Shown piece by piece: positions 1 through 8,762 of a stretch of 41,744 bases of DNA. The DNA is from Arcobacter sp. GTDB taxonomy: Bacteria > Campylobacterota > Campylobacteria > Campylobacterales > Arcobacteraceae. Made by a program: the position numbers and the translations under genes. A model generated the notes under the pieces. It did no database searches and had not been told where the DNA came from. It was given only the letters and a program-made list of their open reading frames with translations. Where the stretch lies: positions 1 to 41,744 of the forward strand of contig DAOVXU010000001.1 in NCBI GenBank assembly GCA_030635995.1. Reading direction: 5' to 3'. The stretch's first letter is position 1, and each line of letters starts with the position of its first letter.

Positions 1-1164
1 GGAATAGATAGAATATCTTTATTTGATCCCGAAGCATACTCTGCTCAAATTGCAGGGGAAGTAAAAAACTTTGATCCAACTGCTATTATGCGTAGAAAAG
101 AAGCTAAAAAAGCTGATAAATTTATTCAACTTGGTATCCATGCTTCGCTTGAAGCTATAAAAGATTCGGGTCTTGCCAATGAAGAGGGAAAAATATCAAA
201 TGATATTGCAGATGAATTTGGAATAGTTTCAGCTTCTGGGATTGGTGGATTACCAAATATTCAAAAAAATTCTATTGTTTGTGAGACACGAAGTCCTTCA
301 AAAATATCTCCATTTTTTATCCCATCATCATTAGTAAATATGTTAGGTGGATTTGTATCTATACAACATAATTTAAAAGGTCCAAATATCTCTGTAGTAA
401 CAGCTTGTGCTGCTGGAACACATGCTATTGGTGAAGCTTTTAAGACTATTGCATTAGGTGGAGCATCTAAAATGTTAGTAATTGGAGCAGAAGGTGCAGT
501 TTGTGGTGCTGGTGTTGGTGGTTTTTCAGCAATGAAAGCACTTAGTACTAGAAATGATGATCCTAAAAAAGCTTCAAGACCTTTTGATAAAGATAGAGAT
601 GGTTTTATTATGGGTGAAGGTGCTGGAGCATTAGTTGTTGAAACATTAGAATCAGCTGAAGCTAGAGGAGCTAAAATCTATGCAGAACTTTTAGGTTTTG
701 GAGAAAGTGGTGATGCAAATCATATTACAACTCCTACTATGGATGGACCCTTAAGAGCAATGAAAGCTGCATTTAAAATGGCTAAAGCAAGTAATGGTGG
801 AGAGTTAAATATTGATTATGTAAATGCTCATGGAACTTCAACACCAGTAAATGATAAAAATGAAACAGCTGCTCTTAAAGAGTTATTTGGTGGTATTGAA
901 AACTGTCCTCCGGTAACCTCTACTAAAGGTCAAATTGGACATTGTTTAGGAGCTGCAGGTGCAATTGAAGCTGTAATTGCAATCAAAGCTATGGAAGATG
1001 GTATCATCCCCCCAACTATCAATCAAATTGTCGCTGATGAAAATTGTGATTTAGATTATGTTCCAAATTCAGCAAGAGAAGCTAACTTAAATATTGTAAT
1101 GTCTAATTCATTTGGTTTTGGTGGAACAAATGGTGTTATAATAATGAAAAAGTATAGTAAATAA
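1..1164 (+). CDS. fabF: 3-oxoacyl-[ACP] synthase II (KAS II), 5'-truncated by window edge
   Basis: Frame 1 is open from nt 1 (GIDRISLFDPEAYSAQIAGEVKNFDP precedes the first ATG at 88), so the gene begins upstream of the window. KAS-II hallmarks: active-site Cys context VVTACAAGTHAIG, NAHGTSTPVNDKNE, GHCLGAAGAIE, C-terminal NSFGFGGTNG. Confidence 0.92.
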   Translation, partial: GIDRISLFDPEAYSAQIAGEVKNFDPTAIMRRKEAKKADKFIQLGIHASLEAIKDSGLANEEGKISNDIADEFGIVSASGIGGLPNIQKNSIVCETRSPSKISPFFIPSSLVNMLGGFVSIQHNLKGPNISVVTACAAGTHAIGEAFKTIALGGASKMLVIGAEGAVCGAGVGGFSAMKALSTRNDDPKKASRPFDKDRDGFIMGEGAGALVVETLESAEARGAKIYAELLGFGESGDANHITTPTMDGPLRAMKAAFKMAKASNGGELNIDYVNAHGTSTPVNDKNETAALKELFGGIENCPPVTSTKGQIGHCLGAAGAIEAVIAIKAMEDGIIPPTINQIVADENCDLDYVPNSAREANLNIVMSNSFGFGGTNGVIIMKKYSK

Positions 1165-1173
1165 GGTTATCAC

Positions 1174-2106
1174 ATGGCAACATATTTAGATTTTGAAGAA
1201 AATATAAAAAAAATTGAAGATGAAATAATAGTTGCTAAAACTAAAGCAGATGAATATGCTGTTGCTATTTTACAAAAGAAATTAGAGCAAGAGGTGGAAA
1301 AAACATATTCTAATCTTTCTGATTTTCAAAAATTAAAACTAGCACGTCATCCAGATCGTCTTTATGCTTTAGATTATGTAAGAGGTCTTATGACTGATGC
1401 TTATGAACTACATGGGGATAGACATCTTACTGATGATTTAGCAATTATTTGTTATATTGGTTATATAGGTGAACAAAAATGTATTGTTATTGGTGAACAA
1501 AAAGGTCGTGGTGTAAAAAATAAAATTAAAAGAAATTTTGGTATGCCAAATCCAGAAGGATACAGAAAAGCTTTAAGAGTTGCTAAAATGGCTGAAAAGT
1601 TTAACTTACCAATTTTATTTTTAGTAGACACTCCCGGTGCATATCCTGGAATTGGTGCCGAAGAGAGAAGTCAAAGTGAAGCAATAGCTAGAAATCTTTT
1701 TGAACTAAGTGATATGGATACAATTATCATATCTGTTGTTATTGGAGAAGGTGGAAGTGGTGGTGCTTTGGCTATCTCCATAGGTGATAGATTAGCAATG
1801 ATGAGATATAGTATATATAGTGTTATCTCTCCTGAAGGTTGTGCTTCTATTCTTTGGAAAGATCAAGCGATGGTTGAAACAGCAACTAATGCTCTTAAAA
1901 TCACAGCTACAGATCTTAAAGAATATAAATTAATTGATGATATTATTGACGAACCATTAATAGGAGCACATAGAAGTAAAAATGCTGCTATTTCTGCACT
2001 TGGTGAATATTTCTTAAAAAGTGTTAATGAATTAAAAACTCTATCAAAAGAGGAAAGATATGAACAAAGATATGAAAAACTAATGTCTTTAGGAAGTTTT
2101 CAATAA
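1174..2106 (+). CDS. accA: acetyl-CoA carboxylase carboxyltransferase alpha subunit
   Basis: N-terminal [61 protein letters not shown]. Lies 9 nt after fabF. Confidence 0.92.
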   Translation: MATYLDFEENIKKIEDEIIVAKTKADEYAVAILQKKLEQEVEKTYSNLSDFQKLKLARHPDRLYALDYVRGLMTDAYELHGDRHLTDDLAIICYIGYIGEQKCIVIGEQKGRGVKNKIKRNFGMPNPEGYRKALRVAKMAEKFNLPILFLVDTPGAYPGIGAEERSQSEAIARNLFELSDMDTIIISVVIGEGGSGGALAISIGDRLAMMRYSIYSVISPEGCASILWKDQAMVETATNALKITATDLKEYKLIDDIIDEPLIGAHRSKNAAISALGEYFLKSVNELKTLSKEERYEQRYEKLMSLGSFQ

Positions 2107-2118
2107 ACTTCCTCTATA

Positions 2119-3378
2119 TTAGGAATTGATAACTATTTGATTTGAACCTTTATGTTTAGCGTTTGCTAGTGCTTCATCTGCTAGATCAATCATATCTTCT
2201 AAACTATCACTAAAATTAATATTTACACCCACGCTTATAGTATATTTTAATATTAAATCATTAAACTTAAATCTATTATTTTCAACAATCATTATAATCT
2301 CTTGAAATGTTTGATGAATCTCAGCATAAGGTCTATTTTTAAATAAAACACAAAATTGATCTGCACCCAACCTTGCAATTATTGAATCTTTATTTATATT
2401 TTCCAGTAATATTCTTGAAAGTTCTTTTATAGCTTCATCACCAGCTTCATGACCATATGATTCATTTATAGTTTGAAATATATCAATATCTATTAAAATA
2501 ACAGCTAATAACTCCTTATGTTTTTTAGCTCTATTATAAACCTCTTCTCCAGCATTTAATAAATATGTTTTATTAAATACACCTGTAAGATAATCTTTCT
2601 TTGCTTTATCTTGTGTAGCTTCAAATAGTTCTAAAACTTCTAAGTTTCCATTAACTCTTGCAAAGAATTCTTCATTTGAAAAATCTTTATATAAAAAATC
2701 ATTTGCTCCATACTTTAAGAAACTTGAAACTATCTCTTTTTCAGACATGCCAGAAAGTGCAATAAGTGCTATTTCATCTTTTTTAAAATCTTTTCTTAAC
2801 TGCATTGTAAATTCTAAACCATTCATTTCAGGCATCATATAATCTACTAAAATTAGTTTTATATTTGGTCTTTGTTTTACAGTTTCTAATGCCTCTTTAG
2901 CACTATGATTCACAATTGCTTTTAAATTATACTTAACACAAAGTGCTTTCATTTTCATAGCAAATGTTTTTGAATCATCAATAACTAAAACTTCTACTTC
3001 AGAATTCTTTATAAATCTTTCTACAACTCCCACAGAATAATCAATAGCATATGAACCATTCTTAATAATATAATCTATTAAATTACTATTTTTAAATATT
3101 TCATCATCAACTTCAAGTTTTGTTCCAGTTAAAAGTAAAGATGGTATTTTAAATTTATTTACAAAAGTCACCACCTCTCCTTTTGGAGCATCAGGCAAAC
3201 CATAATCCAATAATGCAAGTGAAAATTTTCCTTTATGTTCCAATAATAGATCAGCACACTCTTTCATAGAAGCAGCTGTATATACATTTAATCCTAATCT
3301 ATCTTCAATAATATATTTAAGTCCCATTGAGATAGTTTTACTATCGTCAACTACTAATATATTATGTTTTACTTGCAT
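2119..3378 (-). CDS. PleD-like response regulator, REC-REC-GGDEF, with degenerate GGDEF motif (GADQF)
   Basis: Two receiver domains: VVDDS...LALLDYGLPD...LLLTG...K, and VIDDS...LILVDYMMPEMNG...ALSG...K. The C-terminal GGDEF fold shows DYLTGVFNK, IDIDIFQTINESYGHEAGDEAI, RLGADQFCVLF and ADEALANAKHKGSN. The signature pentapeptide reads GADQF (nt 2353-2367). The ATG directly follows the argH stop. Confidence 0.85.
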   Translation of the reverse strand: MQVKHNILVVDDSKTISMGLKYIIEDRLGLNVYTAASMKECADLLLEHKGKFSLALLDYGLPDAPKGEVVTFVNKFKIPSLLLTGTKLEVDDEIFKNSNLIDYIIKNGSYAIDYSVGVVERFIKNSEVEVLVIDDSKTFAMKMKALCVKYNLKAIVNHSAKEALETVKQRPNIKLILVDYMMPEMNGLEFTMQLRKDFKKDEIALIALSGMSEKEIVSSFLKYGANDFLYKDFSNEEFFARVNGNLEVLELFEATQDKAKKDYLTGVFNKTYLLNAGEEVYNRAKKHKELLAVILIDIDIFQTINESYGHEAGDEAIKELSRILLENINKDSIIARLGADQFCVLFKNRPYAEIHQTFQEIIMIVENNRFKFNDLILKYTISVGVNINFSDSLEDMIDLADEALANAKHKGSNQIVINS

Positions 3379-4764
3379 CTATTTATCCTCTATCCAAGCT
3401 CTAAAAGCCTCAATTTGTTTATTTGTTTGTTCAGTACTTGTACCACCAAATGATGTTCTAGCATTCATTGAATTTCTTAAATCCAAATAAGATATTATCT
3501 CTTCATCTATATTTGATACCTCATCATTAGCTGTTCTTAACTCTTCTATTGTTAGTTCACTCATATCTTTATCTAATCTATTTGCTAAAGCTACTACATC
3601 TTTAGTTATATAATAAGCTTTTCTAAAAGGCATATTTACCTTTTGTACTAAATAATCAGCTAAATCAGTAGCACTAAGATGCCCTACTTTACAAGCTTTT
3701 TCCATAACATCAATATTTATAATAAGTGTATTCATAACAGCATCAAGTATATCTATTGATATCTCTATAGTTGCAACACTATCAAAAACACCCTCTTTAT
3801 CCTCTTGAGTATCTTTATTATATGCAAGTGGTAAACCTTTCATAACAGTAAGTAAAGATATAAGATTGCCAAAACATCTTCCAGTTTTACCCCTAAGCAA
3901 TTCAGGAACATCAGGATTTTTCTTTTGTGGCATAATTGATGATGTAGTAGCATACTCATCACTCATTTTTACAAAACCAAATTCATAAGATGACCATAAT
4001 ATAAGCTCTTCGCTTATACGACTTATATGCATCATAGAGGTTGATATATTAAATAATATCTCTAAAGCAAAATCACGATTTGAACTTGTATCCAAAGCAC
4101 AAGCAGTTGGTTCATCAAATCCTAAAAGTTCTGCCGTTTTAAATCTATCAATTTTATGTGGAGTTCCAGCAAGTGCAGCACTTCCTAATGGACATTTATT
4201 ATTTCTAATATATGAAGATTCAAATCTTTCATAATCTCTTTTAAACATATTTGAATAAGCCAACATATGAAAACCAAAATTTATAGGCTGAGCATGTTGA
4301 AGATGTGTATAACCAGGTATCAAAGTTTCAGTATGTTTTGAAGCGATATTTACAAATGTTTCTACTAAAGTTTTAAGTTTATCTTTTATAACTATACTTT
4401 TATCTTGTACATAAAGAGTAAAGTCAGTTGCAACTTGATCATTTCTACTTCTTGCAGTGTGAAGTCTTCCACCTGCATCACCAATAATCTCAGTCAATCT
4501 ACTCTCAATAGCCATATGGACATCTTCAAGTTCTATTTTCCACTCAAAAGTACCTGCTTCTATTTCATCTTTTACTTGTAACAGTCCAGTTTCTATCTTT
4601 TCTTGATCATCAATAGTGATAATATTTTGTAAAGCTAACATTTTACTATGAGCAATACTCCCTTTTATATCTTGAGCATATAACTCTTTATCAAACAAAA
4701 CTGAAGCATTAAATTGGTCTAAAAGTTTTGCATTTGTATTTTTAAGTATTTGGTCTTGTGACAT
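3379..4764 (-). CDS. argH: argininosuccinate lyase
   Basis: Fumarate-lyase superfamily signature [16 protein letters not shown], plus [13 protein letters not shown] and SIAHSKML. Size of 461 aa is typical. AGGA lies 7 nt upstream of the ATG. Confidence 0.94.
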   Translation of the reverse strand: MSQDQILKNTNAKLLDQFNASVLFDKELYAQDIKGSIAHSKMLALQNIITIDDQEKIETGLLQVKDEIEAGTFEWKIELEDVHMAIESRLTEIIGDAGGRLHTARSRNDQVATDFTLYVQDKSIVIKDKLKTLVETFVNIASKHTETLIPGYTHLQHAQPINFGFHMLAYSNMFKRDYERFESSYIRNNKCPLGSAALAGTPHKIDRFKTAELLGFDEPTACALDTSSNRDFALEILFNISTSMMHISRISEELILWSSYEFGFVKMSDEYATTSSIMPQKKNPDVPELLRGKTGRCFGNLISLLTVMKGLPLAYNKDTQEDKEGVFDSVATIEISIDILDAVMNTLIINIDVMEKACKVGHLSATDLADYLVQKVNMPFRKAYYITKDVVALANRLDKDMSELTIEELRTANDEVSNIDEEIISYLDLRNSMNARTSFGGTSTEQTNKQIEAFRAWIEDK

Positions 4765-4794
4765 CGATATATCCTACTATAATTTATAAGTCGA

Positions 4795-4803
4795 ATTATA
4801 TCA
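4795..4803 (-). promoter_or_regulatory. candidate extended -10 promoter element (TGATATAAT) for argH and the downstream regulator
   Basis: The minus strand reads TGATATAAT about 31 nt upstream of the argH ATG (4764). This matches the TGnTATAAT extended -10 form common in AT-rich Campylobacterota. No transcript data. Confidence 0.3.
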
Positions 4804-4826
4804 TATCTATAGTTTAAAAAGTGTAA

Positions 4827-6272
4827 TTATTTTTTTGAATTTAAAAAGTAAGTTTGTATTTTACCTTTTCCTTTAAACTCTATTATATCTTTCCGTTTTT
4901 CACATATATAATCATCTTTTATTAGTTCATATGTTGAGGGTGATATTTGTATCTTAGATTCTATTCCACCAGATTCCATTCTACTTGCTGTATTTACTGT
5001 ATCACCCCAAACATCATAAGCAAATTTTCTACTTCCAACTACACCTGCAACTAATGGACCAGAACTTATCCCTATTCTTATATGAAATCCAATTGTTGGA
5101 TTATTTATATTAAATTTTTCTACAGATTTCATCATTTCCAGTGCCATATCTACCATATTTTGTGCATGATTATCATTACTTGTAGGTATCCCTGAAGCCA
5201 ACATATAACCATCACCAATAGTTTTTATCTTTTCAATATTATATTTTACTGTTAACTCATCAAAATCAGTATATAATTCATTTAAAAGTCCAACAATCTC
5301 TTTGGCCGAATGAGTTGAAGAAAATTTTGTAAAGCCTACAATATCAGAAAATAACATAGTTGCATTTTCATGTCGTTTTGCAATAAGTCCACTCTCATCC
5401 TCTTTTTTTAAATCAGCTATCTCTTTTGGTAAAATATTTAAAAGTAACTCTTCATTTTCTTTATTTTGTATAAAATTTAGTCGTGAATATTTTTCTATAA
5501 TATATGCACCAAATAAAACTAAAACCATAGTAGATAAAAGTAAAAAATTATTTATAGGTAAATTAATAGCCAATTTTAATTCACCTTGTGCCAATCCACC
5601 AAGCAAACCAATCCCTAATTCTGCACTTTGATGAATTAAGTTAAATAAAAATTCATTTGAGGTAATTAAATTATTAAATATTATTATAAAGAGCATAGTT
5701 ATAACTGCAATAATATATCTAACCCTTGCAATAATAGCAATCCAAGCCATAATTAGTATCAATCCACTAAGATAAATATATGCTGCCATTCCACTAACAT
5801 AAGAGATCATAATAGATATTGCAATAGATCCAAAGAGACCTAAAAATGCAGCAAAATATTCTTGATAATTTTTAAATCTTTTCATAAAACTAATTATAAA
5901 TAAAAAAATACCTAACATTAAAGTATTAAATCTTATTTTCCAAATATTACTCTCTATATCTGATGCAAATTCTTCCCTTTGAAGTAAAATATTTTCAAAA
6001 TTCTCAGTTATAACATTTGTTATTTTATTATGCATAACTAAATTATCATTCAACATTGTTTCTACTATTGTTTTATCTACATTAACTTGAGATTTAAGAC
6101 CTGCTACTATTTGAGCATCTATAAAATGAAACATATAAAATAATATAAGTGCCAAAATCATAGCAGTCCTAGTGTGTTTTAATGTTGTTTCTTTATGAAA
6201 TTGTATATATTCTTTTTCTAATTTATTATTATTATATTTTAGTGTATAACTATTTTGTTCTGTTTTTAGCAT
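4827..6272 (-). CDS. membrane-anchored class III adenylate cyclase (multi-TM N-terminal domain plus CHD catalytic domain)
   Basis: Catalytic domain: ATMLFSDIVGFTKFS, KIKTIGDGYMLASG, IRIGISSGPLVAGVVG, AYDVWGDTVNTASRMES. The Lys in KTIGD and the Asp in YDVWG are the adenine-specifying pair. The N-terminal ~270 aa is hydrophobic (about 6-7 TM). Start moved from the TTG at 6284 to the ATG at 6272, because GGAGG (6278-6282) sits 5 nt upstream of that ATG. Confidence 0.8.
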   Translation of the reverse strand: MLKTEQNSYTLKYNNNKLEKEYIQFHKETTLKHTRTAMILALILFYMFHFIDAQIVAGLKSQVNVDKTIVETMLNDNLVMHNKITNVITENFENILLQREEFASDIESNIWKIRFNTLMLGIFLFIISFMKRFKNYQEYFAAFLGLFGSIAISIMISYVSGMAAYIYLSGLILIMAWIAIIARVRYIIAVITMLFIIIFNNLITSNEFLFNLIHQSAELGIGLLGGLAQGELKLAINLPINNFLLLSTMVLVLFGAYIIEKYSRLNFIQNKENEELLLNILPKEIADLKKEDESGLIAKRHENATMLFSDIVGFTKFSSTHSAKEIVGLLNELYTDFDELTVKYNIEKIKTIGDGYMLASGIPTSNDNHAQNMVDMALEMMKSVEKFNINNPTIGFHIRIGISSGPLVAGVVGSRKFAYDVWGDTVNTASRMESGGIESKIQISPSTYELIKDDYICEKRKDIIEFKGKGKIQTYFLNSKK

Positions 6273-6424
6273 ATTTACCTCCAATAAATCTATCTATTCT
6301 TAATGATACTAAAATATATATAAAAAGCTTATCTAAAATAAAAAGATTAACTAGTACCTTTAAATAATTTAGCTATTCTTAATTAAGTCTAAACTAGATA
6401 TAATCACGTATATAAGGAAAATAA

Positions 6425-7609
6425 ATGACTTTAGAAAATATTGATAAAAATTATGTACTAAATACTTATGCTAGAAATTATGTTAATTTTAAAAAAGGTG
6501 CAAATGCAACACTAACAGACGATAATCAAAAAGATTATATTGATTTTACAAGTGGAATTGGTGTAGTTTCTGTAGGACATGGAAATAAAAGAGTCGCTGA
6601 TGCTATTTGTAATCAAGTTAATAATATAACTCATATATCAAATCTTTTTGAGATAGAACCTCAAAGTTTATTAGCTCAAAAGATTGCAAAACTTAGTGGC
6701 TATGATGTAGCTTGTTTTTTTGGAAATAGTGGAGCTGAAGCAAACGAAGGGGCTATTAAAATAGCTAGAAAATATGGTGAAACAAAATTTGATAATAAGC
6801 GATTTAAAATTATCACTTTAGAACACTCTTTTCATGGAAGAACAATCACAACAGTAAAAGCAACAGGGCAAAAAGATATGCACAAAAGTGATTTTGCACC
6901 ATATCCAGATGGCTTTAGTTTTGATAAAAAAATTAATGATATATATAATTCAATAGATGATGAAACAGTAGCTGTTATGATTGAATTAGTTCAAGGGGAA
7001 GGTGGTGTTCAACCATTTTGTAAAAGTGAAGTTCAAAAATTGGCTAAATTTTTAAAGGAAAATGATATATTAATGATTGTTGATGAAGTTCAAACTGGTG
7101 CATATCGTACTGGTGAATTTTTAGCATCAAATTCATATGATATAACTCCAGATATTATCACTATGGCAAAAGGTATTGGTGGTGGTGTTCCTATTGGAAT
7201 AGTACTAACTACACATAAAGATATTTTAGTTCCAGGTGATCATGGTTCTACTTTTGGTGGGAACTATTTAAGCACTAGTGCCTCACTTGAAGTTTGTAAT
7301 ATTTTAGAAGAGATAAAAAAAGATGGAACTCTTGATAGTACTATCAAATATTTTGAAACTAAATTAGATGCTTTTTATAATTCAAATAAAAATATTTTTG
7401 AAGATTCTGTAGGACTTGGTCTTATGAGAGGTTTAAGGGTAAAAGATGCTGATACTTTATCAGCTATTATGAAAGAAGCATTTAATCATGGAGTATTAGT
7501 TCTTAAAGCTGGGAAAAATACCTTAAGATTTTTACCTCCTCTTACTATTACAAATAGTGAAATTGATAAAGGTTTCAAAAGGTTAGATGATGCTATTGAA
7601 AATATCTAA
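6425..7609 (+). CDS. argD: acetylornithine aminotransferase (class III PLP aminotransferase)
   Basis: GNSGAEANEGAIKIARK, DEVQTGAYRTG, PLP-Lys context ITMAKGIGGG, HGSTFGGN. AAGGAAA lies 5-6 nt upstream of the ATG. Confidence 0.88.
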   Translation: MTLENIDKNYVLNTYARNYVNFKKGANATLTDDNQKDYIDFTSGIGVVSVGHGNKRVADAICNQVNNITHISNLFEIEPQSLLAQKIAKLSGYDVACFFGNSGAEANEGAIKIARKYGETKFDNKRFKIITLEHSFHGRTITTVKATGQKDMHKSDFAPYPDGFSFDKKINDIYNSIDDETVAVMIELVQGEGGVQPFCKSEVQKLAKFLKENDILMIVDEVQTGAYRTGEFLASNSYDITPDIITMAKGIGGGVPIGIVLTTHKDILVPGDHGSTFGGNYLSTSASLEVCNILEEIKKDGTLDSTIKYFETKLDAFYNSNKNIFEDSVGLGLMRGLRVKDADTLSAIMKEAFNHGVLVLKAGKNTLRFLPPLTITNSEIDKGFKRLDDAIENI

Positions 7610-8762
7610 AACACTTAGTTTAGTAACTATTGTTGGTTTATTATCTTCAAGTTTAGTTGCAAGTGAGATATTATCACAAGAGCAATTAGAAGTTTTAAAA
7701 CTATCTAAACAAAAAGCTAAAAAAGAAAATGATAAATTAAAAATTGATTGGGTAAATCCTGTAAAATATACTTATACATATTCTGATGATGAGAAGATGG
7801 GGCTAAGTAAAAAATCTATTCTATCTATAAATCAACCTATATTTAAAAGTGGCGGTATTTATAGTGCTATAAAATATGCTTCAAATGTAAAAGAATCAAC
7901 AACTATCTCACTTGAATTACAAAAAAAAGAGTTAATTAAAAAAGCACTAAATATTGCATTTAATATTAAAAAACTAGATATCCAAATAAAGAAGCAGAAT
8001 TTACAAATAGCTAATGCAATTATTGATTTAAAAATAAAAAAGGAGAGTGTTTTTAATGGCTTACTTGATATCTCATTTTTAAATAATGCGCTTATTACTA
8101 AAAATAGTAAACAATCTACACTTTTAGATCTACAGTTCAATAAAAAATCATTAATAAACTCTTTTAATAACCTATCATCTTTACCATATCAAGATATCAT
8201 ATTACCAACTCTATCAAATATCACAGAACAAGAATTTAATAAAAACAATATATATCTTAAAAAAAGTAATGCAGATATTAAATCAAAAAAGAATTTACAA
8301 TGGATGGTTACATCAACATATTTACCTATAGTAACAGCTAACTATTCACATACTAAAAATCATTCGTTAGATACTACAAATGATATATATGGATTTAATA
8401 TTGTTGTTCCTCTTGATATAAAATCATTTGATGATAGTGGAGCTAGTAAATTAGAATATTTAAAAGCTAAAAAAGAGTTAGAGATAGAGAAAAAGCAAGA
8501 GATAAACTTCTTAAAAACTCAACAATTAAAACTTGAGATGATAGAACAAAAAGTATCATTAACAAAAGAAAATATTATCGCTTATATTGAACTTTTAGAA
8601 CAAACAAAAGAGTTAGCAGATGCAGGTATGAAAACTTCTGATGATGTAAAAGTATTAGAAAATTCTAAAAATACCGAAAAATTAAATTTAAAAATTTATG
8701 ATATTGATACACAAATTGAATTATTAGATATATATGGAAGAATAGTTAATGATAAAATTTAG
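7587..8762 (+). CDS. TolC-family outer membrane channel protein (short form)
   Basis: Signal peptide MMLLKISKTLSLVTIVGLLSSSLVAS. Two coiled-coil-rich repeats with OEP-like segments (NQPIFKSGGIYSAIKYA; ELLDIYG at the C-terminus). Overlaps the argD 3' end by 23 nt. Family-level call only. Confidence 0.65.
   Translation: MMLLKISKTLSLVTIVGLLSSSLVASEILSQEQLEVLKLSKQKAKKENDKLKIDWVNPVKYTYTYSDDEKMGLSKKSILSINQPIFKSGGIYSAIKYASNVKESTTISLELQKKELIKKALNIAFNIKKLDIQIKKQNLQIANAIIDLKIKKESVFNGLLDISFLNNALITKNSKQSTLLDLQFNKKSLINSFNNLSSLPYQDIILPTLSNITEQEFNKNNIYLKKSNADIKSKKNLQWMVTSTYLPIVTANYSHTKNHSLDTTNDIYGFNIVVPLDIKSFDDSGASKLEYLKAKKELEIEKKQEINFLKTQQLKLEMIEQKVSLTKENIIAYIELLEQTKELADAGMKTSDDVKVLENSKNTEKLNLKIYDIDTQIELLDIYGRIVNDKI

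Noticed and set aside
4827-6272. Cyclase as part of a cyclic-nucleotide anti-phage system (Pycsar/CBASS-like)
   Set aside because: The specificity residues are the Lys/Asp adenylate type. The protein has a sensor-like polytopic membrane domain. No cNMP-binding effector, TIR, patatin or pore-forming gene is adjacent, and the neighbours are argH and argD.
6273-6284. TTG-initiated 4-codon N-terminal extension of the cyclase; similar GTG extensions at 37943-37975 (alsD-like) and 40864-40872 (carbonic anhydrase)
   Set aside because: In each case the extension contains a strong Shine-Dalgarno (GGAGG, AAGGAG, AAGGTGA) placed 5-6 nt before an in-frame ATG. That ATG is therefore the more likely start.
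6182-6367. 61-aa plus-strand ORF (MLFLYEIVYILFLIYYYYIL...)
   Set aside because: The product is low-complexity and driven by AT-rich sequence. The ORF overlaps the 5' end of the well-supported cyclase gene on the opposite strand. It has no Shine-Dalgarno and no recognisable family.
7859-8140. Antisense or alternative-frame ORFs of 61-122 aa nested in larger genes. Also at 12483-12698, 21431-21649, 21958-22158, 22367-22579, 27960-28366, 29725-30093, 31212-31406, 35286-35534 and 36327-36760.
   Set aside because: All lie within genes that have strong family-level support. They have Leu/Ile/Phe/Ser-rich low-complexity translations typical of the reverse frames of AT-rich genes. None shows a recognisable motif.
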